From Octopus vulgaris (lineage: Eukaryota): DNA of 64,000 nt. The notes under the pieces are model-generated. The model did no database searches and was not told the origin of the DNA. It worked only from the letters and a program-made list of their open reading frames with translations. Position numbers and translations under genes: made by a program. Positions 25,570 through 40,154 of this stretch are shown one piece after another. How positions within the stretch are numbered: the first letter of the stretch is position 1; each line of letters starts with the position of its first letter. Location: assembly GCA_951406725.2 (NCBI GenBank), contig OX597816.1, forward strand, positions 29,574,001 through 29,638,000. The letters are read 5' to 3'.

Positions 25570-26190
25570 TATCTAAAGTGAATCCAAGCTTTCGTTACAT
25601 ACTTGCTTCAGGCTTGTAGCTATATATTTTTTCCTATCCTGCATGAGATAGACAACTATCTTGCCAATCTCGAGTTGTTTTAAAACTCATTCTTTATACC
25701 ATTCACATTTTTCGTCAGTGGGAAGGCATTTCGACGCTATGTGCTAATTAGGGATGGCGTATGGATTATCATTCTAATTCCATTAATGCAAAGCAAGATT
25801 CAGTATTTTCCCAAAATGAGATTCATGTATTTCTCTAATAGTAGTGAATCTGAAATGCCATTAATACATAGCACAGATATATTTTTTCCATTGTTTTAAG
25901 AAAAATACCGAATGTCTTCGTCATCTATAGCTTTTAGTTTGCCTCAAAATCACTAAAACATTTCGCTGCATTGCTACTGCTGCTTAACATTTTCCCTGTA
26001 ATATTTCTGAACATTATTAATTTATTGTTCAAAATCATTTAATGACACTGTGTTTCAACAAAGTTTTTCTATTTGATATACAACAAATGACTCCACTGAT
26101 ATACACAGAGCTAATAGCAGTTTCAAACATTTCTTCAGGGTTCTACTGTTGCTCTCTGTTGGCTTAAAATTAACTTGTGGTTCGTCATAA
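25570..26190 (-). pseudogene. Probable pogo/Tigger-like transposase relic; a diverged partial copy lies at ~24335-24670
   Basis: 'MFRNITGKMLSSSSNAAKCF' and 'ILLCINGIRMIIHTPSLIS..RNAF' resemble pogo motifs. The duplicated segment is seen directly. Confidence 0.4.
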
Positions 26191-26235
26191 ATTTTACTTT
26201 TAATATGTAAATAAATGTGTGACACGTGCACGCGC

Positions 26236-26271
<36 letters not shown>

Positions 26272-26277
26272 AAAAGC

Positions 26278-26610
26278 GTATTCAAGGTGGAAAAAAGAAT
26301 TTCCCGGATTACTTGAGTCTAAGAAAAAATAACTTGTTTGCCGCCTTCGGAATAGTCACCTTGCGCAACTACACACTTGTCCCATTGTTCCTGCCACTTT
26401 TGGAATCCTACCTGGAAGTCTGTCCGAAAGCCAGTCGAGGATCTTCTGCGATTAGGTTTAGATCTTGACAACGGTGTTAAAACAGTGACATTTGAGCTGC
26501 ATTTTCACCCTTGGAAAGAGATTTCCAGTGCTAAATCGGGCGAATAAGGCGGGTGTGGAAGCGATACCACGTTGTTTTTGTCAAGAAACTCATTACTGAG
26601 GAGATCTCAG
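26278..26610 (-). pseudogene. Mariner 3' fragment
   Basis: Minus strand encodes PHPPYSPDLA-like and 'FQKWQEQWDKCVVAQGDY' sequence, followed by a TIR-like end. Confidence 0.7.
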
Positions 26611-27440
26611 TGAAGAATTGTCTACTCCTTATACAGAGTTTGACCACCTCCTGTGCATACACCTTAGCATGGCGTCTGATGTGGTTTTTTAAACCAGACA
26701 AGGTTCTGAAAAGGGATCCACATAAATTGCACTTCTGATTTAGATAAATTCCGCTTTTTGTGGATCTTAAAATGTTTTTTGAGGCCTCCGTTGGATTTGC
26801 AAACCTTATGGCATACACTGTATTCAAAGGTGTGCACAGACATACAGGCAGAATAGTTGGTGGAGGTTCGTTTTCCATGCTTTCGCACATGTGATTTGAT
26901 GTTAGCAAAAGACAGGCATCATCTGTCACAGACTGTGCCCACAAAAAGTTTGTCATTCACCTTCTCGATTGATACATTCCTCATTAGATCTTTTATGAGT
27001 TATCCTGGTTTCTTCAAATGCTTTCAGTCCTCTCCACACCTTTGTTAGCCATCTAACTCGATCCGAAGGAAGGGTTTCTATATCTTCTGGAGCCATTCGA
27101 TGTGACTTCATAGTAGTCCTTATGCTGCCCTTAAGTCTTTTTTTTTAGTTTTACAACGATAGCGTTTCCCTTCTGCAAGCTCACCATAAAACAGTTGTGT
27201 CAGCATGCGTTCATCTGCCATTCGAACAATATGACCATACCATCTCAGTTGGTTCCTCAAAATCATAGCTTTAATTGAGGTGATGCCCGCAGATGTAAGG
27301 ACATCTGTGTTTAGAGTAAAAGAACTCTATTTAATTTCTAAAATGCGATGAAGGCATTTTTGGCGGAATTGTTCTAACAGTTTAAAATGCGTTTCATAAC
27401 AAGTCCACATTTCACAGGAATACAATAGTAATGGTAAGAC
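26611..27440 (-). mobile_element. RTE-type LINE 3' fragment with C-terminal C2H2 zinc fingers
   Basis: 'LLYSCEMW..LEQFRQKCLHRILEIK', 'QLRWYGHIVRMADERM..QLFYGELAEGKR', 'CHKVCKSNGGLKKHFKIH', 'CNLCGSLFRTLSGLKNHIRRH'. Confidence 0.85.
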
Positions 27441-28983
27441 GAATGATAAAAATTATTTATCTATACATACAATAGCTACACTCTGATATAATGTATATAA
27501 TAACACGCAGACAAACAGGTATTATTTATATAATACATATCTATAAATCTATATTATATAATGATATGAAAGATGCTGCAAATATAAACGTTTTGTGACC
27601 ATAAAATGAGGGGTCACTCGTAAAAAGAGCTGGATAACAAAACCGTTCCCTAATCTAGTGTCCACCCATAATTATGACCCTACAGAGATGGAGTTTTGTG
27701 TGCGTTTTTCTTTCAATTTTTATGCTAATACATTTTTTCTTGTTGCTGTTATAAATGAATTAACTGCATATTTAATATATAAAGAACATAGATAATCTCA
27801 GGTGTTAACGTTATCCACGTTTATATTTATGTATCTGGCTAAGTTCTGTGTGTGCAGACATAGTAGATAGTATTAAATGAATTAGTTTCTTGTAATTTGA
27901 AGAATATATAACGTTTCAGGTGTTAAACATATGTGTATATATATACACCGCCGGAACTTCTTGTTGACAAACAACAGCAATAATTGTGTTCACCACAATA
28001 GACGTCATTGATTGGTTGAAATTGCCAAAATGCGAGAAATTCAACAACAAATAGCTTACAAACTACAGAATTTTCTCAATAACGCCAAGTGAAGAAGCTG
28101 TTTTATGTGACACATTCTACCAGTATACGAAGTTTAAAAGTGTTCAGTTACAAAAAATGAATTTTTAAATCAGCCGGTCAAAGTGAAACGATCCTAAATA
28201 TGGATCAATTCAACAAGTTAAATTAAATTTTTTTAATAAAAATATTTGAATAGTTAAATATGTAAATAGGTAAACATAAAGCCCTCAAAACCGGAAGTAG
28301 GTATTCATATACAGGTGAACGGCTAAAGTGAATCTAGGAACAATCAAATTTATGGACATGCCAAATCGATAACAAGTAGCACTAAATAAGTGTTATTTAC
28401 GGTGAGTTAGGAAATAGCTACAGGTTTGGTTCATAGAGTACAATTAATTCGATTTAGAGAAGAGCTTACTAAAAACTAGGAACAAGCTAAATGGAGGACA
28501 TACACAAAATACGAACCAGTGAATGCAAACATCCATATATGAAGATAAAAATATTTTTATACATATGATATTGACATGAGTTTAAATAGAGAGATGGGAA
28601 TATACAAGAATTATAAAAAGAGCTAAGTAAAATTACACTGTAATTATATTACATGTATATACGGGTTGGAGTTAGGATCAAATATAAAATCAATGGAAAA
28701 TGAACAGTCAAGGAGAAGAATTTAACAAAAATAAATGAGCATACCAAGTAAATAAATTGGACTAGATAGAAAATTTGCATATTATATATCCTTAAAGAGG
28801 TGTGCACGGTATGAAGTATAAAATACTAAATTAGATGACAAGTTAAATGGATTTATAACTAAAATATTAAAACATTCTACCAAAAATAGGAAAGAAAATG
28901 AAATATTTAATGGAATAGAGGGAATAATGCTTAATTTAAAGGTATGTAGGTATAAGAAAAACTGTAATTATAGTTTTATAACT

Positions 28984-29039
<56 letters not shown>

Positions 29040-30133
29040 GTGTGTGTGTGTGCGTGTATTTCTCACTGTGATTTTGTATCTTTGTTGGCCGCCCCCAACC
29101 ATCGCTTGACAACCGATGTTAGTGAGTTTACGTCCCCATAACTTAGTGATTCGGCAAAAGTGACCGATAGCATAAATACTAGGCTTATAACGAATAAGTG
29201 CGGAAGTCGGTTTCTTTGACTAAAACCCTTTAAGACACTGCTTCAGCATGACTACAGTCAAATGACTGATACAAGTATTAGAAAAAAGAAAATCATTTTT
29301 CCCGCCAAAACTATTCGAACTTGGCATCTCATATTTTTAAATTGAACCGCTTAACCGTACAGCTAAGATATTTCAAAATAATTCGCTTCGTCGTTGAGTT
29401 AGTATTTTATGCTTCTGACAGCTATAAAAAAATATTCCGTTACAGATTTTTATCAACCTTATTATTGATACGGAGACTTGCCTTGTTACATTTACCAGAC
29501 TGCTATATGTAATATATCCATTAGAATATATTTTCGCGTCAAAATTTTGAGTGCCTGGCAATTTATAAGAGGAATATGAAGAAATGTATTTTAATGAAAA
29601 TATGTGATATATGACATCTTATAATTCCTATATTTTATCTGAAAAATCTCAAAGAAATCAAACGATGAATCCATATTTTCTGTTCAACTATCGGTGTCGT
29701 GATGTTTTATATCAATTTGTCTAGCTCATAAAATAAAACATTGAATAAAGAACGAATCACTTTGGTATATCGAAAGAACACGAACATCCTCCACAACTAT
29801 TAATGTAACCTATTGTCCTGCCTGTCTATGAGGAGAACTTTTGAAAGCTTATCTAAAGTACGGTATGAAATGTGAATTGTGCTATTAGAACAAGTTATAT
29901 GAATTATCCCTACATGACTAGGCACACTAACCACAACCAATTGTAAATATTTGTAAAAACACTCACATACATCGCTGTGTCCACATAAATGTGAAAAAAA
30001 TACGGGGTGTTCTACTAACGTATTAATATTTAGGAATTACACACACAGAGACACACACACACGGACGCACACACACGGATGCACACACACACACACATAT
30101 ATATGCATTTATCTATCTATCTATCTATCTACC

Positions 30134-30165
<32 letters not shown>

Positions 30166-30288
30166 CATATGTGTGTGTGTGTGTGTGTGTATGTGTATAA
30201 TTTGAGGGAATATTATTCCTAACTTACAGGGAAAAATTCAATTTAGAAATACTAAATCAAATTTCATAAGATATAAAATATATACATA

Positions 30289-30685
30289 AATTAGAAAAAA
30301 AACACCTTTTATCAATTCAAAATGAAAAATTAAATTACACCATTTAGAAAATTACATATAATAGAAATATCAAATATGAGGAAAAAAATAATATAGCGAT
30401 GATTAAGTAATGTGCAAAATAATAAATATGACGTATATGTACGTTTTATTTACCTGTAATAGAAATACTAAATATAGGATAAAAAAATAATATACCGATG
30501 ATTAAGTAATGTGCAAAATAATAATAAAACGTATATATATGTTTTATTTATTATTTTGCACATTACTTAATCATCGGTATATTATTTTGTATCTTATATT
30601 AATATTTCTATTATATGTAATTTTCTAGATGGTGTGATTTAATTTTTTATTTTGAATTGATAAAAGGCGTTTTTTTTCTAATTTA
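30289..30685. repeat. AT-rich inverted repeat (~150-bp arms) with an internal tandem duplication
   Basis: 30289-30437 is reverse-complementary to ~30537-30683; 30459-30540 repeats ~30360-30437. Confidence 0.8.
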
Positions 30686-31019
30686 TATATATATACAAAA
30701 TTTAGAGGACTGACCACTAAAACAATGGACAGCCTGTATGTTAGATATAGACGTCAAAATCGCCATTTTCCACGAAGAATGTGTTCTCAAGAAAAAATTT
30801 CAGCAAAAAATTAAAGCAAGATAAATGAAAATATACGAAATAAAAAAACGATTACCTATGTACTTATTAGTTTCACTTGTTAATATTTATGTATATGCAT
30901 ACGCAAACATCTGCAAGATCATCAGCATAGTCTGTCGTTTACAAAACACAATTTCCAGAACTAGATACAGAACGCTCGATCGAAATCCAGCAGGTGTAAA
31001 GTCCAACAAATTATATTTA

Positions 31020-31142
31020 GCCGAAATAAGATTAAGATTAATGTAAAAAATAAATAACACTGAAGCAAAGTAACACCAAATATAGAGTGCGTGTGTTTTT
31101 ATTGGCTAAACTGGCAAAATGACCGTTCCGAAATACAAGAAT
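31020..31142 (+). mobile_element. Solo terminal fragment of the Penelope pseudo-LTR
   Basis: GCCGAAATAAGATTAAGATTAATG...CCGAAATACAAGAATA closely matches 9249-9372. Confidence 0.88.
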
Positions 31143-31196
31143 AATAAATATTTATCAATCAATCAATCAATCTATCTATATATCTATCTATCTATC

Positions 31197-31250
<54 letters not shown>

Positions 31251-32369
31251 CTTGCACACGCACACGCACACACACACATACATACACATACATGCACACA
31301 CACCTAGGAGATGCATTTGAAAAGTATGCAACTTTATTTTTGTCCGCCAAAACTAATTCCACTTAGGCAAAATCCTTTTGGTGTGATGTGACGACACTCC
31401 TCTTACGTATACGTGAATATTTTCGCATTGGTAGGCTGCATCAGTTATACCTAGATTACCGACGTGTTGACTTTGCCTTTAATTCTTACGGGGTCGATAA
31501 ATTAAGAACCAGTGACGCACTGTGGTCGGTGAATCGACTTAATCCCTATGTCTGTCCTTGTTTGTCCCCTCTGTGTTTAGCCCCTTGTTCCGCAATAAAG
31601 AAATAAGAAACTGACGTGTGTGTATGTGTGTGCGTGTGTGATTGGACGTTTATGCGTCACATTTATTTAAACACAGGGATTTCAGCACAGTAGATACTGG
31701 CATTAAACTCAATGAAATCAGTCTGACTAGTTTCAATAGCAGCCCATTTTACTGATCACCAAGAGAATATATCTATCCGTGCGATATTCAGACTGGAGTG
31801 TCAGACTGGGTTAACGAATGTTTTGGAACAGTGTTGGTGTAAATTACAAATCGTCAAAAGCCAGTATTCTGTTTGGGACCAGGAATTTAATGAATCGATT
31901 TCTGGTGAAGCAAAAATAAATGCTGAAGATTACAAATCTTTTTTACTACAGATATGAACATCTTGCATAGCATCTACTTTCATGGCGTCAGCAGAAACGT
32001 GTTTTTAATACAATCCCATGATCAGTAATTTGTATTGCTTCTCCGTTTCTTCTAGTATCATGTATTGATTTGATTCATGATTCATGAACGTTTCCAACCT
32101 TTGCACTGCGATGCAAATAGCGACAGACAAAGCTAGTTTATTTGAGTTTGTGCTTACTATAAATAGCTGCAAACTGCTATATTTTTGTGTGGTCGGGAAA
32201 GTGATAAAGCGTTATTAAATGATGAAACTAGTGACATTGGTCGCATGATGATTATAACGAGGAAAAAGATCTTCCACAGTATCTACTTTTCACAGTAAGA
32301 TAAAAAAAAATTGTAAATGCTTCTTATATCTCTGTCTTATGTTGTGTAGTTTTATTGATTATTTTTATG

Positions 32370-33210
32370 CACCTAGCTGCCAGAAACGTGAGCACACGTT
32401 GCAAAATGTTTAGTGACATTTCGTCCACTTTTACGTTCAGAGTTCAAATTCCGCTGATTTCGACTTTGCCTTTCTTCCCTCGGGTTCGATAAAATAAGTA
32501 TCGGTTGGACACTGGGCTAGATTTAATCGTTTTGGCTCTTCCCTTAAGTCTGTTTGCGTTCAGTTAAAATATCTATTGAATGTTAAAACTTATAAGTCGG
32601 TAAACTGGCAGAATTGTTAGCACGCCGGGCAAAATTCTTAGCGACATTTCGTTGATCTCCTGAGTTCAAATTCCACTGAGGTCGACTTTGCTTTTCATCC
32701 TTTCAGGATTGATAAAATAGGAACCATTTGAGTACTGTAAACGATGTAATCGACTTAACTCTCGATCGAAAATGCTGGCCTTGTGCCAAAAGTTAAGATC
32801 AATATTATGCACCTGGCCATCGCGGCGAGCGGGCCGGATCTTAAACTCACCGGGTAAAATGTCTCACTGCATTACATCCGTAATTATGTTCTAAGTTTGA
32901 ATTCCGCCGAGGTCAGCTTTGCTTTTCATCCTTTCATGGCCAATAAAATAAGTAAGATTTGAACACTTGGGTCAGTTTAATCGACTTATATCTCTCCAAA
33001 GAATTGCTGACCATGTCAGAAAATTTGAAAGAAATATTATGTATTCAGCGGACAAACCTCTAAGAAGCATTTCTTCGGGATTTTTCGGTTGTGCGGTCAG
33101 ATTCCACCGAAATAAATTTTGTATTTCATCCTTTTCGGAGTCGATAAAAAAAAACCCAGTTATGTAACTGAAAACCCTTTGCCTTCAAATTTGATGGCCT
33201 TCTGCCGAAA
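32370..33210 (+). mobile_element. Head-to-tail cluster of four diverged SINEs of the dominant family
   Basis: Repeated GAGTTCAAATTCC..GACTTTGCYTTTCATCCTTTC bodies at ~32440, 32660, 32895 and 33100. Confidence 0.8.
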
Positions 33211-33244
33211 TGACATAACAGGCTCAAGCTCATGTATGTTTGCA

Positions 33245-33883
33245 TATTGAAAACGTTAAGAATTGAAAGCGCTTGCACATTTATAAAATCAAAGCCTACA
33301 CGCATTTTGTGAAAACCCTTCTCAAATGTTAGTGTCTTTCGTTCTTTTTCAGTCTGTTCGTCTCTGCTATAAGACTGCCGCTACGCTTCCTCTTCGGATT
33401 ATAACATAGCGTTTTTCAGAAATCTCACACGAATTTATCTAAAATATCTCCACACAGCTTGATTCGCAATTACTATGAACTATATATGGACAAACGCATT
33501 TTCTGTGAGTACGATACTTCTCATCACATCTCCAAGATTCCAACTTTAGTCAATAAGGATATATTCACACCCTAACTTTTGTCTTCACTTTCTGGAAAAC
33601 TAAGAGGTTTTGAAAAGACTTTTTATAAACCTGATATATGACTATGTAATACTAACTGAAATCTTAGAAACCAATTTGTTATCTAAATTTTCCACTTTTA
33701 TAGAACTCTCCATGGTGTTTCATGATTGTAACATTACTCCCTTTGATGTTTGGAAATATCGGATGTTTTTTCGGCTGATGAGTACGAGCCATCTATATTT
33801 ACTGCAATTTCTGTAGCCTTATTAAAGATGTCTTCGTACGAAACAATTGTACCGATATTTTGATCCATTCTTGTTGCTTTTTT

Positions 33884-33926
<43 letters not shown>

Positions 33927-34800
33927 TTTTGGAAATTCCTTGATACACTTATAATATTGGTGGGAGAGATTTTTTCTCAAAGAGTTCGGATTGATAAAAG
34001 AACCCTTTTTAGAAAGTCGAAAGACACTAACATTTGAGAAGAGTTTTCACAAAATGCGTGTAGGCTTTGCTTTTATAAATGTGCAAGCACTTACAATTCT
34101 TAACGTTTTCAAGCACGTGTTATTAGACATAGTGGAAGTTATTTTCAGTAAGATTGCTGTTGACTATTTCCGGTTTAGTTTCGGACTCAGAAATCTTATG
34201 AAATATACTGCTTTTGCCTTCCGGAGAAGGCAAAAGCCTTCTCTGCATTTATTTTATGTTCTCTTCATTTGTTTTATGAAGAGGGAAAATTATGAATTTT
34301 CCTTGTGTACAGGTGTCCAATTGATCGCTACATGGTATGCATCTAAATGTAGTATGTTTTATTTAATGTCTATGGACATTTACACGGTTAATTAATTTCG
34401 TTTTAGTTTCCCCAATATAATATTCGTTTCATCGTAGGCATGTGATACAATATTTCAGGTTTTTGCTTTTGTAGTTCGTATTTGCCTTCACCTTTAATTC
34501 TTATATATTCTTAAATATGTGTCTGGTCCCTGTTCTATTAAATCACATGTATCACCTCCGGAGTCTTCGCATTTAGTAACTTGCCAGCCCCAAAAAATCA
34601 TGAATGGAAAAGATCGTCCAAAGAGTTGCAGATAATTCCGAAGTCATCTGGAGACCGTGGTTGAATGGGAGTTTTATGGAATAAATTTACATTTGTATTT
34701 CAAGATATGTCTTGTGTAGTTTTGGCAAATATATCTTTTAAAATGAGATGCCAGAGTTATTTTCATCTTTGCGTAAATTAGACGACTGTTTATTGAATGC
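33245..34800 (-). mobile_element. Old Penelope-like remnant (GIY-YIG + 3' UTR) with a ~100-bp inverted copy of its tail
   Basis: Minus-strand 'DTCDLI..NTNYKSKNLKYCITCLR.NEYYIGETKTKLINRVNVHRH'. 33247-33341 is reverse-complementary to ~34018-34112. Confidence 0.75.
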
Positions 34801-35046
34801 ACCCCGTATATATATATACTAGTGTACAAATAATTTACGTATTTATGAGAGTTTGTGTATGTATGTACATACATGTACATACATACATACATACATACAT
34901 ACATACATACATACATACATACATACATACACACATACATACACACATATATATATATGATAATATATATGCCTCTCTCTCTGTATCTATCTATCTATCT
35001 ATCTATCTTTATTAATCAAAATAAGCAACAAGGATATTCAGAAGTA

Positions 35047-35134
35047 ATGCAGTACGATCATTTCAAGCTACTCCATTTAATTGAACAATGCAATCGATAC
35101 ATCAATTTAAATGCAGAGCAGTCCTCAGCTGCAT
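35047..35134 (-). ncRNA. Minimal type I hammerhead ribozyme motif with long stem II
   Basis: ATGCAG-CTGAGGA-CTGCTC..CATTTAA..TTGA/TCAA..TTAAATG-GAGTAG-CTT-GAAA-TGATCG-TA-CTGCAT: 6-bp stem I and near-palindromic stem III, with an extra CTT before GAAA. Confidence 0.65.
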
Positions 35135-37392
35135 AAAGACATAGAATTTAATTAAATCAAAACAGATGGACACATTAGTATAATTTTACCTACAATCTCC
35201 AAGAACGTAAGGAGATAGACAGAGAACATGTTGTCTTCACTTCAGCATAGAAGCTACTAAAGTATCAGAAAGAAAGTCTTGTAGCTGATTTTCCTTGTCA
35301 CTGTTTTATGGGGTCAGTTTTAATTTATAGATTAGTTTATCAAATCTTTATATATTTAAGGTCAAAAGAGCAAGAAGCAAAAGAAGCAATGCCTGTAACG
35401 AAGTGGGCTGAGAGAGTCGACAGAAGTCATAGTGGGTATAGTCATAAAAAACTATCAGGATTTATTTGAAGGCATTATCATGAGATTTGGTAAAGGAAAT
35501 CTTAAATCAAGATGTCAGCTGACAATTAAAGGGGCAAGCCACTAGTAGACAATTGATAAGAAAACGGGGAAAATCATATCATATGGTACTATAGTTACAT
35601 ATTTTAAACAATATTGTCATATTGTATAAAGTTAAAATTTAGGGTTATTCAGAAAATTATTAAGAATATTATAACAAAAGGATAAAACGTTTTTGAACGC
35701 TTTGGAGTATATACAAAACGTTTACCACAATAGAAGTAGGAAAAGAAATAGTTTAAGAATTGTTTAATATTTATACACATTATATACTTAAATACTAACT
35801 TATCAGATGGTATCTATGACAATTGATCAATTGGTATATACTGGTATTTAATAAAGGTGTACTGCGGTAAAAAAAAAAATTATTCTAATTATATATTACT
35901 TAAACTATAATCTAAGCAGTTTATTTTAAGTAGCGAATATACCAGTATTGTTTTATATAAGCTAAGTATGAATTTCTAGAGGTAGAGAATTAGATTTATC
36001 TTATAAATAAATAAATAAATAAATTATAACATAATAAATAATAAATAATCAGGTAGTGCAGAATACCATAGAAAAGGAATAAAATAGCTTAATCATTTAA
36101 AACATGACAAAGTATATATAGCTTATTAACATCAGTAGAGAAGATTTATAGAAAATGTATAATAATTTAAGTATATTGAACTAGTATACATAAATGTCTT
36201 CTACTATAGGCTCAAACCGACTAAAGACAGCCAGACAGCCAGACACACACACAGATAGTTATAGGTATATTGCTAGAAAATCTCCATAGCGGATGAAAGC
36301 AGTAGCTGTACTGAGACCTAATGTTTATTGCCCATTAACATGTGTGCTCTATAGAAACAGACGTTAATGCTATTTTAAACTCTACAAGAATGCCTTCTCC
36401 AGGTGGCTATTGGATGCAGTCTGTTCCTGATATATGTTAGCAGCCGGGGATTGAACCCCTACACTCTTCCAGGCACGAGACCACTGGAGAATATGCTTTT
36501 GACCTCTTGCAACGAGGTTTCCTCCTAAACAGCCATTTTTATGTGGCAATAACTATTACTTTTTAGTATAGTTAGTTTTCATCTCCTATAAAGATTTTCT
36601 AACTAGCTAATTTGGTTCTTGTAAGATAGGTGACTGTGTTTCACTTGGTTTCTGTATATTACGGGCTAGAGTGGTAGGAACTCACTACCCTGCTTGAAAT
36701 ATATGTATTCCACCCTCTTTAATTCCTTCTCACTCGGTCTCTCTTTCTCTCTCTCTACCCTCTTGCGACCTGCTGCTTAACAAGCCATTTCGTTGGTGAC
36801 TGCGGCCCGCTCAACATCGTTTCCCCTCTGCCGAAAAGGCAATTTTCCAAACACGCCTGCTAGATAAGTTATATTTGTCTCATTTTGTCTAAAGTCGTAA
36901 GACACCTGCTGTTATCTGTTATTAACCATTCTTGTTTTTATTTTTGTTTTCGTTTTTTTGTATTTATATTCGTCCCTGTTGCGTTTACATTCGTTCCTTT
37001 TTCCAAGAAATCTAATGCTCACAGCTTAGTTTTTCCTTGGGGCTGGCCGCGTTGGAGCAAATATCCGAATTAATCAGCCGAAATTTGCTATGATGATCCG
37101 GTTTCTGACTGAAGATTAAAGGCTTCGAATAACCCGTCTGTTTTCTGTGTTACTCCCTTTGTGTATTTCACGTTCTTGTTTATTTATTTATAAATTTTAT
37201 TCCTATATATATATCAGGTGCAGATTGCATCGAATAACCAGCTGGAGGAGGCGTACTCCTGGGGTTAAAGATAGATGTAACGTCAGACGTTGGTTCCTAC
37301 TGAACTGCCATGTCTAAAGTGCCAATAAACATTACTTCTTTATGTATATATATATGTATGTATATATGTATGTATACACACACAAACTCACA

Positions 37393-37492
<100 letters not shown>

Positions 37493-37789
37493 TATGTATC
37501 TGTGTATTGTATGTATGTATAAATAGTCATGGTTTCTGGATTGGATGAGAATTTGGCTTTGCCAGAATGTTATTAATTCACGCTTAATTTCACTACATAG
37601 TACTCTAATTTCAAATGACATTTAATATATTTTAAATCAAACAAAGTCTTCTAAGAGAAATTGTTTGAAAGAAGCCCCTTAGAGGATATATTTTCCTGGT
37701 TTACACCCCCTCATTTGGCCCATAATTATTAGATTCAACTATGTAACAAACATTTAGCGAGGCCTGTGATCCGAAGTTCTGTTTCTTCA

Positions 37790-38230
37790 TGTACCAATCA
37801 CGGAGCACCACCAAAGGATATTCATCCTCAATGCTGCATCTCTCACAAACGCCAACCAGGCCTGGCGATTTGAGGTTAACGACCGTGTGTCTCCAACCCC
37901 ACCTTATTCCAGCGGCGAACGCCGTAGATATGGGGGCCTAGGGTGGGTTCCAGATCAGCCTTGACTGTCATCAGCCAGGTTTTTCGTTGTCCAGCATATC
38001 GCTCTCACCAACCCTGAAGGGGAGCTGGGGCAATTGCTTCGTAGATGAATTCTCCTGGTTGTCGACGGAGGGCATGACCCAGCCAACGCAGACGTCTCGT
38101 TAGGATGACTTGTCGGAGGGAGGTGATTCTGCACTGGCGTCGCACCAAATTGTTGGAGACAAAGTGATGCCATCGGACAAGAAGGATGCGGCGTAGACAG
38201 AAGTGATCGAAGGATTCACTGACTACCATA
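37790..38230 (-). mobile_element. RTE-like LINE 3' fragment
   Basis: 'FDHFCLRRILLVRWHHFVSNNLVR..RRLRWLGHALRR'. Confidence 0.8.
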
Positions 38231-38719
38231 TTGAAATTGCATCCAATATGAGCATAATTTGCGTCTACCCGTTTATAAAAGAGACTACATTATAGTAACG
38301 ATCATTTGTAAAATACGTTACATTATGGAACACTTTCTTCTAACTGCTAGCGGTCTTTAGTTGAGCATTTTCTCTAACAAGCATTGGAAACAGCTTCTAG
38401 TCTTCCAGATTTCGGGTTGAAAGATAACCTATTCCTTGTGTTTTACTCTTCAATGCGTATATAGCGTCTTGAGATAACCGTGGGAAAATGGTCACCGGTG
38501 CTGTTTCACCACCTCTGGCTATGCCACAACAAAACCCCTGATTTAATCACAGCTGAGTGGACCGTGTTGAAAATGTTCGTTCTCTCTGATAGCATAAAAT
38601 TAATTACAACATAATTATTATAAACAGTTTATAACTTCATGATATAATTAATGCACAATTCAAAGTCATTAACAGATAAATGTAACAGGTTATACGCACT
38701 AAGAAACGTAAAAGAAATT

Positions 38720-38768
<49 letters not shown>

Positions 38769-40101
38769 GGGTGTATGTGTGTGTTTGTATTTCTATATAT
38801 GCCTTGTGCGTGTGTGTGTGTGTGTGTGTGTGCGTTTATTTCTGTGCATATCCATGTTTATGTGTGGTTGTGTGTTTCATAGTGCGTGTGATTTTGTCTC
38901 ATCTATTAGAAAATCCTAATCAATAAACTCAAATAATTACGCATCTGTTCTCACGTAATTCGAAAGTTAATTATAATTTCTTTATGCATGCACATGTATG
39001 GTTATATATTCATTGACTCGGTTATATATATAATTTAATCAACACGTAATATAAATCAGCTTTGTCTCAGCTGGTAAGTGTGGGTGTACGTTAATGAAGA
39101 AAATTTGATAGGTTATCATATATGTGTGTATGCGCGAGTATATGAAAAATGTATGTGTGACTATACGCTCATACATACACAGAAATATATTGTTAATGAA
39201 AATAATTTCCTATAAGACACAATGCCAATTTCGCTTTTGTCTGTAGTAGGATTCTGGACTGAATGGATTTTAGTATTTGACAATTTTTTTTATCATGTGG
39301 AAATCGGAATCACAATAGTTAACTTTAACTATGTTGGGATTTGAAATCATCTAATGATATTGATAACGGCTTCTTCTTTAGGGTCAAAGCCAGAAACTCC
39401 AAAGTAAAAGAATCGATCTCATTGAACCTAGTACTTGGTATTAGAAATCGAAGTATAAAAAGGTGGAAAAGAATAACCTTCGAAACATAGGTACAAAGCC
39501 TGAAATATTAGAGGAAGGGCTAGTCGATCACATCGAGTCCAGGGCTCAGTTGGTACTTATTTTATGGAACCCGAAAGAATGAAAGACAAACTTGAACTCG
39601 TTTGAATTTTAACGAAGAAAGAAAAGACAGACGAAATGCTGCTAAGCATTTTAGAACAGCGAGACCAAATGAATGATCGTTTATAATGCTCGTGTCAAAA
39701 TTGTATTTTAGAAGTTAATAGTGACCGAGATTCGTGATGACAAGGGGAGGAAATAAATTTCCATATTAAACAATGAAACAAAATCGAAAATAAACAAAAG
39801 AAATATGCCATTTAAGACCATGATATTCAGTTTAATAAGAGAAAAGGTTGTCCAGCAAATAATGGACACCTAGTGACATTTCCCGTCAGGGAAATTTGAT
39901 TTTTTCGATTTTTATTCTGTACTTGCATCTTTTACTGATCAGTGATATGTGTGTGTATTTGTTGTATGTGTTTGCGTGTGACGGTGTGTCGGTGTGTGCA
40001 TGTGTTTGTGAGCGCACATGTATTCATACATGCATAAATTAATACATACGTACTTACACGCTTACACACACACACACACACATATATATTTATGTACATA
40101 C

Positions 40102-40149
<48 letters not shown>

Positions 40150-40154
<5 letters not shown>

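Noticed and set aside
26531-26956. Host C2H2 zinc-finger gene
   Set aside because: The fingers are the frameshifted C-terminus of an RTE-type LINE ORF.
33960-34015. Degenerate hammerhead at the Penelope tail (CTAAAAA-GGGTT..AATCC-GAAC, minus)
   Set aside because: Position fits but several core bases are lost; not called.
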